Assembly: GCA_963849325.1 (NCBI GenBank)
Contig: CAWKHF010000005.1
Coordinates: 192,001 to 256,000, forward strand
Length of the DNA: 64,000 bases
Direction of reading: 5' to 3'
Source: an uncultured Planctomycetota bacterium
GTDB lineage: Bacteria; Planctomycetota; Planctomycetia; Gemmatales; Gemmataceae
Below the pieces are notes generated by a model, which was not told where the DNA came from, did not search any database, and saw nothing but the letters and a program-made list of their open reading frames with translations. Numbering within the stretch: position 1 is the first letter of the stretch; every line of letters begins with the position of its first letter. Positions 1-11,993 of this stretch are shown piece by piece. The translations under genes and the position numbers were made by a program.

Positions 1-668
1 TCGCCCCGCGCGCGTCTTTTCGCCCCAAACGGGGACGTCCTAACAAGTGCCACACACGAGCCGTCTCGGCGGAATCTTGCGGCAGCACCTCCCGGAACGT
101 CTCCAGTACCTCCGCCGCCTTGCGCTCCGCCTCCTCATACTTGCCCTGTTGGTTCAGACGGATCGCCTCCTGTTCCGTCCGCAACGCCCTGAGTATCTTG
201 GCCCGCTGCCCCGCTTCCAGACCGGCCATCTTCTCCGCGAAGGCCAGCGCTCGCCGGGCATCGCCGGTACGCCAGTGCTTCTCGCCGTCCAGCTTTTGCC
301 GCAGCGTCAGTGCCTCCTTGCGGTATTTCATGGTCGCGGAGAAGTCGCCCGATAGCTCTTGCAGCTCCGCAGCGCGTGCGAGGCTCTCGGCTACCTCGGC
401 GTGTTCCGCACCCCATACTTCGCGGGTCAATTGCAAGGCCCGAATCGCGTGGTCGAGCGCCTCAGCATACCTGCCTTGGCCAAGCAACTGCTCGGACTCA
501 CGACCAAGCCTCTCACGCTCTGTCAGCTTGGCCTTTTGCTCGGCCGTCAGCTGAGGAGGAGGACTTTTCCTCGCGGCCTCATCCGCGGCAGGAGGCGCTC
601 GAGGCACCCAGTATCAGCAGGCAACTGAGCAAAGCCGGAACGCCGAGGCGGTATGCGGTCTTCATCAT
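1..668 (-). CDS. Secreted TPR-repeat protein, 5' part (runs off window; frameshift near 580)
   Basis: Signal-like MMKTAYRLGVPALLSCLLILG, then after a shift LTAEQKAKL..QGRYAEALDHAIRALQLTREVWGAEHAEVAESL..EALTLRQKLDGEKHWRT..QGKYEEAE (kinesin-light-chain-like TPRs). Confidence 0.75.
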
Positions 669-723
669 CTCATCCTCGTGTGCCAACCCAATGCCTTCGA
701 GCCACCGGACCAAACGGGCGAGC

Positions 724-776
724 GGGGTTGCGTCAGCACCCCGAGAGACAGACCCTCGGGGCGCTGACGCAACCTC
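724..776. repeat. Inverted-repeat hairpin (REP-like or regulatory)
   Basis: ggggttgcgtcagcaccccgag ... ctcggggcgctgacgcaacctc. Confidence 0.6.
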
Positions 777-998
777 GCTCGCCAGGCTTGTCTGCCAGTT
801 CCAGGGGCTGGAAGCGCAAGACGGCCGGCGCCAAACAGACGAAGTTGGCGATTCGTGGGGGAATGCCTTGCCAGCGCCGTATCTCGAAGTGCGCGGCCAC
901 GAAATCAATTTGGCGTAGCGGCGAGGTCGGAAGGTTGCGCCGCTTCGGTGCGGTGGACATCGCAGCATCTCGCATCGGCCGACAAGGAGGAGACAAAC

Positions 999-1205
999 AT
1001 GGAAAGTAACTTACATCAGGGATCGATTCAAGTACCTATTTGTCCCGATGGACAGATAAGAAGACCTAACGATTTGCCGACAAGCCCGGAGCGTCCGCGA
1101 CGGGTGGGCATCGAGGAGCGTCACCACGCGTTCGTCCCGCACGCCGGCCGTACTCATCGACCTCACCCGTTTCGCCGGCTTGGGGCAAACGATGTGCCGG
1201 AATGA
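999..1205 (+). CDS. Possible small hypothetical protein (68 aa)
   Basis: Strong SD aaggaggag before ATG; no recognisable domain; contains a REP half-site. Confidence 0.25.
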   Translation: MESNLHQGSIQVPICPDGQIRRPNDLPTSPERPRRVGIEERHHAFVPHAGRTHRPHPFRRLGANDVPE

Positions 1206-1238
1206 GAAGCCGAAAGTGCGGGGAAGGGCCGCCCGCGT

Positions 1239-2557
1239 TCACAGTTCGGCGAGCGGCGCCGTGGCGTCGCCGAAGCGCTGGGCCGGCACTCCCATCCGCC
1301 GCAGCAACGACAGATACAGACTGCACAATTTGCGGTTGTCCTCGACGCGCTCCGTGTAATCGAGGACTCGGCCGGTAGCAAGTGTCCCGCCCAGGCCTCC
1401 CACCAGCAGCACCGGCAGCTTGCTCGAATCGTGCCGACTGCCCGACCACATGTTCGACAGGAACATCAGGCACGAATTGTCGAGTACGGTGGTCTCCCCT
1501 TCGCGCATCTCGGCCAGGCGTCCGGCGAGATACGCCAACTGGCTCACGTAGTAGCGCGTCACCCGTTCGTAGGCGTCGGAGTTGTCTTCGTGCGACGTTG
1601 GGTGGTGGGCCGTCCGCACGTCGAGGAACGGGTAGAAGAGGCCGGAGAGGTCTCGGCACAGCAGCAGCGTGGCGACGCGCGTCTTGTCGGTCTGGAAGGC
1701 CAGGGCAACGATGTCGCACATCAGCCGCATGTGCTCGCGGATGTCTTCGGGCAGGCCGTTGTCGGGCCGGCGCATGGCGAGGACGGGCCGACCGCGATCG
1801 CGCGCCCGCTCCTCGGCTCGATGGGTCGCGGCGCGGCTGCGCTTCACGCGCTTCTCCACTTCGCGCACGCTGGTTAGATATTCGTCGAGCTTGGCCCGAT
1901 CCGCGTGACTGACCTGGCGGCGCAGCGCCGCGGCCTGTTCCTGGACGCGGTCGAGAATGCCGATCGTCCGCCGGCTGCCCTGGTTGTCGAAGAGGCTGTC
2001 GAAGGCCAGCGACGGATAGACCTCCATCGGCACCGGCGAGTTGGCGTTCTGCCAGGAGATGTGCGAGCTGTAGGCCATCGAGAAATTCGTTTCGTGGTAG
2101 CCGGTGATCGGCTGCTCGCAGCCCAGCACGAGGCTCGGTTGCGCCGTTTCTTCTCCCAGGTGGCGGGCCAGCACCTGATCGACGCTGACGCCGCCGCGCA
2201 GCACGGCTCCCTTCTGCAGGGCGGCCCCCGACAGAATGTTGCCGGTCTGGCCAGGGTGGATGCCGACGCCCATCGCCGCCTTGTTGAACAAGCCGGAGAT
2301 GACATTCAACCGTGGCCGCAGGGCAGACAACGGTTCGAGGCTCTTGCTCAATTGCATGTCGGGGCCGGAACCTTTGGCCCACCAATTTTTGGGGCTGATG
2401 CCGTTGCCCATGAACAGGGCCGCGAACCGCCTGGGCGCGCGCCGGCCGTCGCTTCGCTGCCCCAGACCGGAATCGATTCCAGCCAGGGCAGGGCCATCGT
2501 CACGCCCACGCCCTTGAGCAAGGTACGCCGGCTGATTTTGTTCGACTGTTAGTTCAT
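1239..2557 (-). CDS. DUF1552 family protein (frameshifted 5' part)
   Basis: Tat-like ISRRTLLKGVGVTMALPWLES, FMGNG, SVDQVLA, YSSHISW, LAFQTDKTRVAT, TVLDNS. Confidence 0.9.
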
Positions 2558-2602
2558 TATCTCAATCCTCAAACAGGTGTCTGCAAACACCCATTCTTCC
2601 AT
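2549..2602 (-). pseudogene. Truncated PIN/VapC toxin N-terminus
   Basis: MEEWVFADTC (PIN-type hhhDT start motif) directly after a VapB-like gene; stop after 17 aa. Confidence 0.5.
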
Positions 2603-2615
2603 CGGGACTCACCCG

Positions 2616-2834
2616 TTATTGCGGGAAATCAGGCTCCGCTAATTCGAGTCTCTCCAGTTCTTGCCAGTTGACTTCAAACTCGACTTTACCGGAGACAGCC
2701 TTCAACTCACGCAGCCGGCCAAGCCGTAAAAACTCTCGTGCGGCCTTGGAGATGGCTTCAGCATCATTATCGAGCTTTGTAAGCTGCTTGAGGGCAGCGA
2801 TTTCTTGAGAAGTCAACTCGATGGTGATACTCAT
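2616..2834 (-). CDS. VapB-like antitoxin (DUF2191-like, RHH), 72 aa
   Basis: MSITIELTSQEIAALKQLTKLDNDAEAISKAAREFLRLGRLRELKAVSGKVEFEVNWQELE. Confidence 0.65.
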   Translation of the reverse strand: MSITIELTSQEIAALKQLTKLDNDAEAISKAAREFLRLGRLRELKAVSGKVEFEVNWQELERLELAEPDFPQ

Positions 2835-2874
2835 GGCCCGATCTCCGCAACCCAGTTTCGCTCCTTGAGCAGCC

Positions 2875-5800
2875 TTATCGCAAGGCAGTATTGATGACGG
2901 CGGCTCGGATGCGTAGATTCTCTTGGGAAAGGCCTTCTGCCTGGTCATCAAAGAACCGCTGAGCCTCCTCAAGCGTCCTCTTCGGTGTCTGGTTCCTCCG
3001 GTAGTCGTCTGCATCCCACTGTGGGCAGACAAACCACCCGATGAGATACAGCCCGTGACAGCACGGAGACTCGGTGAGGTAGCGATCGCGCAGTTGCCCT
3101 CTCATATCCTTCTCTACCCCCTGATTCCAGCAGCCTTTCACCTCGATAATGACGGTGATCCGGTCGTACTCCTCGGGGCGGCGCCCCGGCATTAAAGCGT
3201 CGATCTTGATGTCTGTCCGCTCTCCCTGCACGTCTCCCTCCCCCCGTCGGATCTCCACCTCTCGGTTCGCGACGATTCCCCGCTGCTGGATGTCCCGTCG
3301 AAGGTAGCCGCGTGATGTAGTCCGACAATTCATTCTCGTCCTTCGGTCGGTACACGTCTTTCTTTAGCTTGTTCCAGAGATCGGGGGCAGCGGGATTTTC
3401 CCCCTGTAGTTCCTGCTCCAGCCGCTGGAGCGATTCGATCACGACAACGAGGAGTTGGTCGCCACTTTCAACGAGCCGAAGGTCTCGATCGCGGACCATC
3501 TTGAGCAGTACGTTCGGCGAAGGTGGCACCCATGTCTGCCGGAGCGTGTGAGTCCGTGTCTCCACGACCGCCCATCGCAACCAGGAGAGTTCCGGAAGGG
3601 CTGTCGCCAAGCGCTCCATTGTCCGACAGGCGGTAGGCGTTCCTCGGGATTGTAGCTGCTGGAGCACGGCATCGCGGAAGTGCGCCACGCCCTCGCGCGG
3701 CCCAACGACGTGCGCCCCTGAATGCTGCGGATCCTCCGACGGCGGGTAGTGCTGAACGAGCCACAAGTAGAGGTCGCCGATCTGCTCCGCGGAGAGATGC
3801 TGTGTCATGAGGGCGGCGTGTTGTTGGTCGTGGCGGTCGGCGACGGCGGTGATTACCTCTCGACCAAAGTCCACATCCGCTTGGATCGCCGACCATACCG
3901 CCTCCCACCCCGCGTCTGCGGCATGGACGAGGAGCATCGTTGCCGCTACTACCGCCCTGCGCCGCGGTGGCCCATCGGCGGGAAAGGGGGGCGATACCAA
4001 GGAGGTTGCGAAGGCTCTCGCTTCGTCGCTGCCATGCTCGTGGAGCGATTCGAGGAGGTTGCCCATACTCTCGGGGGTAAGGGATGGGTCGCGCGCCTTT
4101 TCCACAAGCGCGGTGGCGAGCCGTGTATCCCAGCATAATGCTACTTTCCGGTGGACCGTGAGCCGTTCGTACTGCCGGTTCTCGCCATCGATCATAGTCA
4201 GCAACACTCGGATGACCTCCTCCGGTGCCTGCATGTACGCGCGCCGCACGAGATCCAGGTGCGGCTCCTCGCCAGAGCCGCCGAGGATGGTTGGGTAGCC
4301 AACAATAACCGGGGTCCACGCTCGCCATCGGTCGGCGTCCAGTAGATCGATCGTGCCCGGCTGCTCGCGTTCCAGGAGACGCAACGCTCGATAACCTGCC
4401 ATGTCCGGGCGATGAAAAGTGTTCGTGCCGAGCCAATCAGCGGCAGAAGGCTGAGCCCGTAGAAGGTACTGTCGTGCGGCATCAAGGATGCGTTGTCGGG
4501 TTGGGCTATCCGCCGCGTGCCACCCTGGGAGAGCCGTGAGATCGGACTCCCGTTCGTCGCCGTAGTGTGTACTCGTCGGTTCGAGCGTCAACTCACAGGT
4601 TGAGCACCCACCACGCATCGAGATTCCCGGCCTCCATGCGGTTGAGATGAATCGCAATCCGTTCTTGCGGTGGGGGCTGGAGCGGCCTGCGCTGCACCCT
4701 TAGCCTTTCCTGCCATTCCTGTTCCTTGCGGTATGTCGCCCGCATCGCATCCGCCTGGGGCGAATCGATTTCGACGGGCGCGAACAGCGGGCCGAATGCT
4801 GTTTTCAAGGCGGGGTAGCTGCGGATAGCTTCCAGGAGCGCATCGACGTGTCCAGGGTGTCCTATCCTGAAAGAGACCTCGAATAATCGCAATCCAGAAG
4901 TCTTGTTCGCCGCCGAGTTGCCGTTCTCACATTGCTCGATGAGCCAGGGCAGATCACCAGGTACCAACAGCGGGGTTTGGGTGAAGGCGAGCGTTAAAGG
5001 ATATTTCCCCCCTCTATCCAGCGGGGCATGATCGCCTCTGCAAGAGGCGGTAACGCTGCGCATTGAGAATCGCTCGCTCACCAGTTCGTTCCAGTCCAGG
5101 AACCGGGCGGTGTTCGGCTAGGCGGCAACCAACGGCCTCCGCAAACAGTTCGAGGATTTCGGGATTATCCAACTGGTTCCATACAGCGTTAAGCACATGC
5201 GTTATCACCTCCCGGAATGGATACTCTGGATCATCCCGCACTGGCTGCACCACAATCCAACGCAGAGCGACGGGCAGTTCCGTAGGAGGAAGGGATTCAA
5301 GGAGTGGCCCCAATAGAAATGATTTATAGGAGCCGAGAAGTCTAGGGTCCTTCGGCGGCGTGAGAGCGGCGAACACTTCCTCGACGCGTGAGTTGATCGG
5401 GCCACAAGGCACGGAGGGCAAAACCCTTCAATTCATCCTGTGGATCATCGCCAGCCTGACCTGTTACACAAGGGAGGAGACGCCGCAATATGGGTCTACG
5501 CATCCGCAATCCGAACCAAGGCGGCCGCAGCCTGTTCGCGGATGTGTTGGTTCTCGTTAGGGTCGAGGACTATGCCCGTGAGTAACTCCTGAAGCACCTG
5601 GAGGCGGCAAGATTCGGCGATGTCGATGGCGACTCGGCGGACGATGGTGTTCTTCGTGCGATCTCGGATGAAGGGGTCCAGCTGGGTATGGAGCCGGGGA
5701 CGGGCGAGTTTCCGGTACTTCCTGCGGCGATCCCACTGGCTATCGATGAGGGTTCCAGCGTCGAAGAGCCGGAGGAGCGACCCGACAAGCCGCTCGCGTG

Positions 5801-7099
5801 CCTCGGGACTCATTGTGGCCACGTCGCTGCTGAGAAGCACTTGCGGGTCGGATTCCACGATCCGGTCGTAGAGCAGGGGAACGAGACTGGCGAGCCACGC
5901 TGCGGTTTCTTGGAGTTGCGGCACTATCTTGCCCGCCTCATCACCGGGGTGCGCGATCAGGCTGAGCATCTGCGTGGCTTCCATGCGCCGGATGTAAAGA
6001 TACCATGCGGCGAGGAATTCGGCGTAGGTCTGGTGGGCGAACCCCAGCTGCTTCGGCCCGCGTGCCGAGAAAAGCCCCGTGTCGAATACCTCCCGCACGG
6101 CGGCGTCTGTGATGTTCACGGGCTGCCCGTCCATTAGTTCCATCCCGTCGCGGAGATACTGCGAGCGGAGGTCTCCCTCGGGGGCATCATTTCGAGCACC
6201 CGTCCAGATAGTCGGCCGGCCGCAAAAAATGGATAGGGCCGCAATCCGTGCGGCGATGTGCAAACGCTGACGCGAATGTGAGGTCTCCTGAACAGTTGTG
6301 CCGCCTGCCGGCTTTCACTGATCTCCTCACAGAGGCACTCGCATCCCTGCCGGTACAGCTCCACCTGCGACAGCGGGAAACTTATCAGCACGTTGGTATG
6401 ACTCAAGGAGGAAACGGAGTGTCACGGGCTTGCTTGCGAGTGCGGCGGCCTCTCAGACGGTCCACCTCGGCGAGGAACGCCACAGGATCGACTCCCGCAT
6501 GCCGCTGCCGCGTCGGCGACATCCCTCCGACGCAATGGCACCAACTCGTACACCCCGACCCCATCCTCACCCCAAAGCCTCGTCAGCTGCGTCTCCAGGA
6601 GCATCGGCCACACCGCCGTCCGGCAAGCGATGCGCAGTCGCAGGCGGTCGAGGGGACAGCGCCAGAGCTCCTCTCCAAGGAGGGCTGCGAGCGTATCGAT
6701 GCGGATGAGGCACTCGTCTAGACTATCGAGAAACAGGTGGAGGATGCCGCTACCGGCTCTCCAGGCAGTGAAAGAGGGATCCTCGAAAATGGAGCGAACG
6801 AGCAGGAGATCCGACTGGTAGGCGTTCAGGTTCCGCCAGAGGAGGACTTCCCCCGCGCGGCGGATCGCCGCCTCGGTCTCGCGGCGGTGGCACTCCAGCG
6901 CCGTCGTCTTGCCGATGCCTGGCTCGCCGAGCAGGATGAGGCAGAGCTTTGTGGCGATCTGCTCGAAGGCGACGACGTGAGGATTCGAATGGGGACCGTA
7001 CTCCGACTCGGGATTGAAGAGGAAGCCATCGCCGGTGAGGATGATCTCCTCGCCTCGCGGGCACCAGAATCGCTTCCAGTTGAAGGATTGGTCTGCCAT
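2875..7099 (-). CDS. Large NACHT/STAND NTPase with helical repeats and a C-terminal PD-(D/E)XK nuclease (~1400 aa; several frameshifts)
   Basis: Walker A LILLGEPGIGKT, Walker B LFLDSLDE, RLRIACR sensor, FAHQTYAEFLAAWYL winged helix; C-terminus ENELSDY..REVEI..RTDIKID..IIEVKG..QLRDRYL..GLYLIGWF. Confidence 0.85.
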
Positions 7100-7264
7100 G
7101 CTTCGCCTATTCAACCACAACAGTGGGGCGAACACCAGCAATCCGCGGCTACACCGCCGCGGCCCGCAAGAGGCGCCAGAGAGGGATGCCCGCGAGAGCG
7201 ATAGTCCCACTTCTCAACAGGCCGCTGATGTCCGCAGACGACGAAGGGGATACGTGCTTCCATT

Positions 7265-10200
7265 TTACTGTCCCTGCGGATCGTCGCGCCCTCTCTTGTT
7301 CAGAAACTGCGGACTCGTCACGATCGCTTCGACCAGGCTGCCGAACGCATACCCGTCGGCCGCCAGCCGGGTCCGCATCGCGTCGAGCGCTTTGCTGTCC
7401 GACAGCAGCAGGCTCGCGCCCAGCGCGTAGGAAAACAGCTTTCGGCACAGGTTATCGACAAAATCGTCCTGCCGTTTGTCGCGCAGATACGCGCGCAGGC
7501 CCGTCAAGCCCCGTGCGGTCCTTGCCGTCGGGGAAGGTCGCGTCGGTCTGGACCGGGCGGCCGCCCAGGTCCTTGGTGCGATGCTCGCCGACCGGGCCGA
7601 ATCCCTCGAAGACCAGGCCAACCGAATCGAAGCGGCGATGGCAGGCCGGCGCAGCTCTTGTTGTCGCGGTGCCGGGCGAGCACTTGCGGCAGCGTCAACT
7701 CGCCCAGTTTCGCCTCGTCCTTCGGCAACTCGGGAACGGTCGGCGGCGGCGGCGGAATCTGCTCGCCCAGCAGCCGGCGGACGACCCAGTAGCCGCGCTT
7801 GACGGGACTGGTGCGCAGGCCCGGCGCGTTCTTCGTGAGAAAGACCGCCATCGGCAGCAGGCCGCCGCGGCCGTAACGCCGCGCGTCCGCGACGTGGACC
7901 CATTCGTCCGGTCGCCTTGCGGCTCGGGCATGCCGTAGTGCCGGGCCAGCGGCCGATTCACGAACGTATCGTTGCCGTACAGCAGATCGAGGACGGAGCG
8001 ATTGCGCTGGGCCATGTCGAGGAAGTAGCGGATCGGCTCCTCAAACATCGCCTGCCGCAGCTCGTTGGTGAAGCTCGGGAAGCGTTGGCGATCGACGCTG
8101 TTGTGCTCCTCGAAGCGGCGGAAATCGAGCCAGTTGCCGGCAAACTCGGTCGCCAGGCCGCGCAGCGCGCGGGTCGCGCAGCATGCGCCGCGCCTGGGCC
8201 GTCAGCACGTCCGGCCGATGCAGGTCGCCCGCCGCGGCGTGGGCCAGCAGCTCGGCGTCGGGCATGCTCGACCAGAGGAAATAGCTCAACCGGCTGGCCA
8301 GCTCGTAGTCCGACAGCGGCCGCACGGCCGACCTCGCTTCCGCCAGGTCGAAGCGGTAGCAGAAATGGGGCGACAGCAGCACGGTGACGAGCGTGTCGCG
8401 CAGCGCCTCCTCGTGTCCCAGATCGTCGCTCGCGGCGGAGCGTGCGATAAAACGCCAGCAGATCGTCTCCGTTCGGCGGCCGACAGAGGCCGGCGGTAGG
8501 CCCGCTCGGCGAACTGCACCAGCGGCGTCAAGGTGGCTCGGCTCGGCGGCCAGCCGGGCGCGCTCGACCCGGCGAATTTCCGCCGACATGTCCGGCGAAA
8601 TAGGTCTTCGATCGCCTCCAGCGCCTCGTCGCCGGCCCCCTGCTCGCGCGCCTTGGCCAGGTACGCCTTCGCCAGCCGATCCATCTTCGCCTCGGACGTG
8701 GCATCCTTGTCCTCGGAGCGGGCGAAGTCGAACTCGGCCTCGCGCATGAAGCGCGGCGGCTCGGCCCGCTCGAAGAAGATGAAATCCTTGTACTGCCGCA
8801 TCGGCACCCGGGTGACGAAATTCAGCTCGTGCCACAGCGCTATCCAGCTCGCGCCGCTGCCGTTCGTCGAGAATCAACTCGCACAGCGGTTCGTCGTCGC
8901 GGAAATAGCCCTGCATGAGGTGGAAGCCGGCCGTGAGCGGCCGACCCTGGCCGGCCGCGTTGGGATCGAAATACGGGCCGCGGTCGGCGACGACAAAAGC
9001 GTCGGGAAACACCGCACAGAACCGCTCCAGCGCCCGGCGCAGCCGTCGTTCCGCCTCGGCGTCGGTTGCGTTCGCCGCGAACAACTTCGCCAGCCCGGCG
9101 TCCGCGTCCTGGAGCTGGTTCGGCCAGCTTGCGGAGGTCGGAGAAAACCTCTCCCGAATAACTGCGATGCCGGCTCGCCAGTTGGCGATTTCGCCACAGG
9201 ACGAACGGCTGGCTGCCGTCGGAAATCCCCGCGACGTGCAGCTTGCCGACCTTGGGCTTGAGCTGCCGGCGCAGACGCACGACCAGGTCGCGCATCCGCT
9301 CGCAGCCGGGACGAGCCGCGTCGGACGATGCGCTCGGGCGGCGGCAGTTCGCGCCACATCGTCCGGACGGCGGCCAGCGGTCCCGCTTCCGCTCTCGGCA
9401 TCGGTCAGGGCCGACCAGACCAGCGACAGGTACTTCGCGCTCAGCCCCGCCTCGGCCGCGAAACGGTCCAGCTCCGCGTCGGACCGGCCGAGCCGGTCGC
9501 GGTGGCGATACTTCCAGGCGGCCAGGAAGTAGTCGGCGTAATCGACCTTATGGCGCTCGTAAAAATCGACGATGCGCTGCACGCAATACTTGTCGCGGTC
9601 GGTGTCGGTCACGGCCGGATGCGGTGCGAAGACGAAGCCGTCCGGCTTCAGGACGACGTGGTCGGCGATCCGCCGGGCCGCCGCCAGGTACTTCTTGAGC
9701 AGGGCCGGAGACATGGCCAGGGATTCGCCCGAGTTGTCGAAGCCGGCTTCGTTGGCGGGATCGACCGGAAACTCTCGCGTCGGCCGAATGTCCACGCCGG
9801 TCAGGTCGCGGATGGTGTAGTCGAACTCGGCGTTGCTGAGACGGCGGGCCAGGACGGGCCCCGGATCGCCGGCGTTTCGCCGCGCTTCGCGGTCGCGCAG
9901 CTCACCAATCCAGGCGATCACCGCGGCCCGCTCGTCGGCCGTCGGCTGGCGCGGCGCGTCCTCCGGCGGCATCTCGCCCGCCTGGAGTCGTTCGAGTACC
10001 TGCTCCCAACGACGCGCGTTGTTCGCGACCGCCGTCACCGTCGTGTCGCGGCTGAGGTCGAGCTGGGCTTTCGGCTTCTTCGGGCCGTGACACGATACAC
10101 AATAGCGTTGGAGGAATGGCCGCACGCGGGTGGCGAATCGCGGTTCGAGCGGGTCGGCCGGCGACGCCGGATCGGCCCCCCGCGCCGGACGAAGGGTGTA

Positions 10201-10272
10201 CCGCGCTCCTCCGTCGGTCAGGCCCAGAGCGAGAACGGCGAAGACAATCGGTGTTCCGAATTTCCTGGACAT
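7265..10272 (-). CDS. Planctomycete cytochrome c / DUF1587-1595-1592-1588-1585 protein (frameshifted)
   Basis: Signal peptide, YCVSCHG heme motif, RRLSNAEFDYTIRDL, GFDN, YELASRLSYFLWSSMPD, RTSPVKRGYWV. Confidence 0.9.
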
Positions 10273-10352
10273 CGAACTCCCCTGCGGATGGCGACCCTGC
10301 GATTGTACTGCATCGGCCGGCCCTCTTCGTATGGTTTGTCCACAAATCTCTT

Positions 10353-10408
10353 CGTTTCGCCGCGACGCGCAGCGGAGCGCGCGCTCCGCTGCGCGTCGCG
10401 GCGAAACG
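10353..10408. repeat. Perfect palindrome, REP-like family A (also 32696-32762; half copy 23218-23237)
   Basis: cgtttcgccgcgacgcgcagcggagcgc|gcgctccgctgcgcgtcgcggcgaaacg. Confidence 0.85.
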
Positions 10409-10517
10409 CAATTCGGGAGAGTTTCGACGTGGACGATTGACTTTCGCGGCGGATCGGAGAAACTGAAAGACATTACCTCGCTCGCCAATGCACCCACACC
10501 CCAAGGGAGGAGATGTC

Positions 10518-11909
10518 GTGACGGATTCCCCGAAGCGCGGCTTGACCCGCCGCGAAGTGATGAAGGCGTCCGGTCAGGTCGCCGTGGCGACGGCCCTGGC
10601 CGGACTGGCCACCCCGCAAATCTACGCCGGCAGCAGCGACACCATTCAGATCGCCCTCGTCGGCTGCGGTGGCCGCGGCGGCGGCGCCGCCGAAGACGCC
10701 CTGCACAGCAAGAACGGCCCCACCAAGCTCGTCGCCCTCGCCGACGTCTTCCCCAACAAACTCAAAGACAAGCACGATCAATTCACGAAGAATTTCGCCA
10801 AGCAGTCCGACCTGCCCCAAGATCGTCAGTTTCTCGGCTTCGACGCCTACAAGCACGCGATGGACTGCCTCAAGCCCGGCGACGTGGTCATCCTGACGAC
10901 GCCGCCGGCCTTCCGCTGGGTCCACTTCACCTACGCCATCGCCAAGGGTCTGAACGTCTTCATGGAGAAGCCGATCACCGTGGACGGCCCGTCCACGCGA
11001 CGGATGCTCAAGCTCGGCGAGGAGGCCAAGAGCAAGAACCTCAAGGTCGGCGTCGGCCTGATGTGCCGTCACTGCCCCGCGCGCGGCGAGATGTTCAAGA
11101 AGATCCAGGACGGCATGATCGGCGACATCACCCTGCTGCGCGCCTATCGGCAGCACAATCCGGTCGGCTTCTTCGCGTCGCCGCCCAAGCCGGCGGGCAT
11201 CAGCGAGCTGCTCTACCAGGTGCAGCGCTTCCACTCGTTCTTGTGGGCCAGCGGCGGCTGCTACAGCGACTTCTACATCCACAACATCGATGAATGCTGC
11301 TGGATGAAGGATGCCTGGCCGGTCGAGGCCCGCGCCTCCGGCGGCCGGCACTATCGCGGCAACAACATCGATCAGAACTTCGACAGTTATTCCGTCGAGT
11401 ACACCTTCGGCGACGGCACCAAGCTGCTGCTCGAAGGCCGCTGCATGAACGGCTGCGATCAGCAATTCGCCAGCCTCGCTCACGGCACCAAAGGCTCGGC
11501 GATTATCTCGTCCAACAGCCATTGGCCGTCGCGCTGCCGGCTGCTCAAGAGCCAGCACAACAGCGGCGAGAAGAAATATCAGAAGGACGTTATCTGGCAG
11601 TGCGCGCAAGGAACCCAGCAGCGATAACCCCTACCGCGTGGAGTGGGACGATCTGCTCGCCGCCATCCGCCAGGACAAGCCGTACAACGAGGTCGAGCGC
11701 GGTGCCAAGCCAGCCTGGTCACGGCCATGGGCCGCATGGCCGCTCACACCGGCCAGGTCGTCACCTACGACGAGATGCTCAACTGCGAGCACGAGTTCGC
11801 GCCGGAGGTCGATAAGCTGGCGATGGATGCGCAGGCGCCGCTGCGGGCCGGGCCCGACGGCAAGTACCCCGTGCCCGAGCCGGGACGGAAGAAGAAGCGC
11901 GAATTCTAA
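10518..11909 (+). CDS. Gfo/Idh/MocA oxidoreductase with Tat signal (frameshifted 3' part)
   Basis: TRREVMK, IALVGCGGRG, TTPPAFR, VFMEKP, IHNIDEC. Confidence 0.9.
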
Positions 11910-11993
11910 ACGAGGAGGACGGAAGAAGACACGGTGAGGGGGCCGGTCCGGCCCCCTCGGGGCTTCTCAGCTCCGGGGTGGGGATTGATCGCG

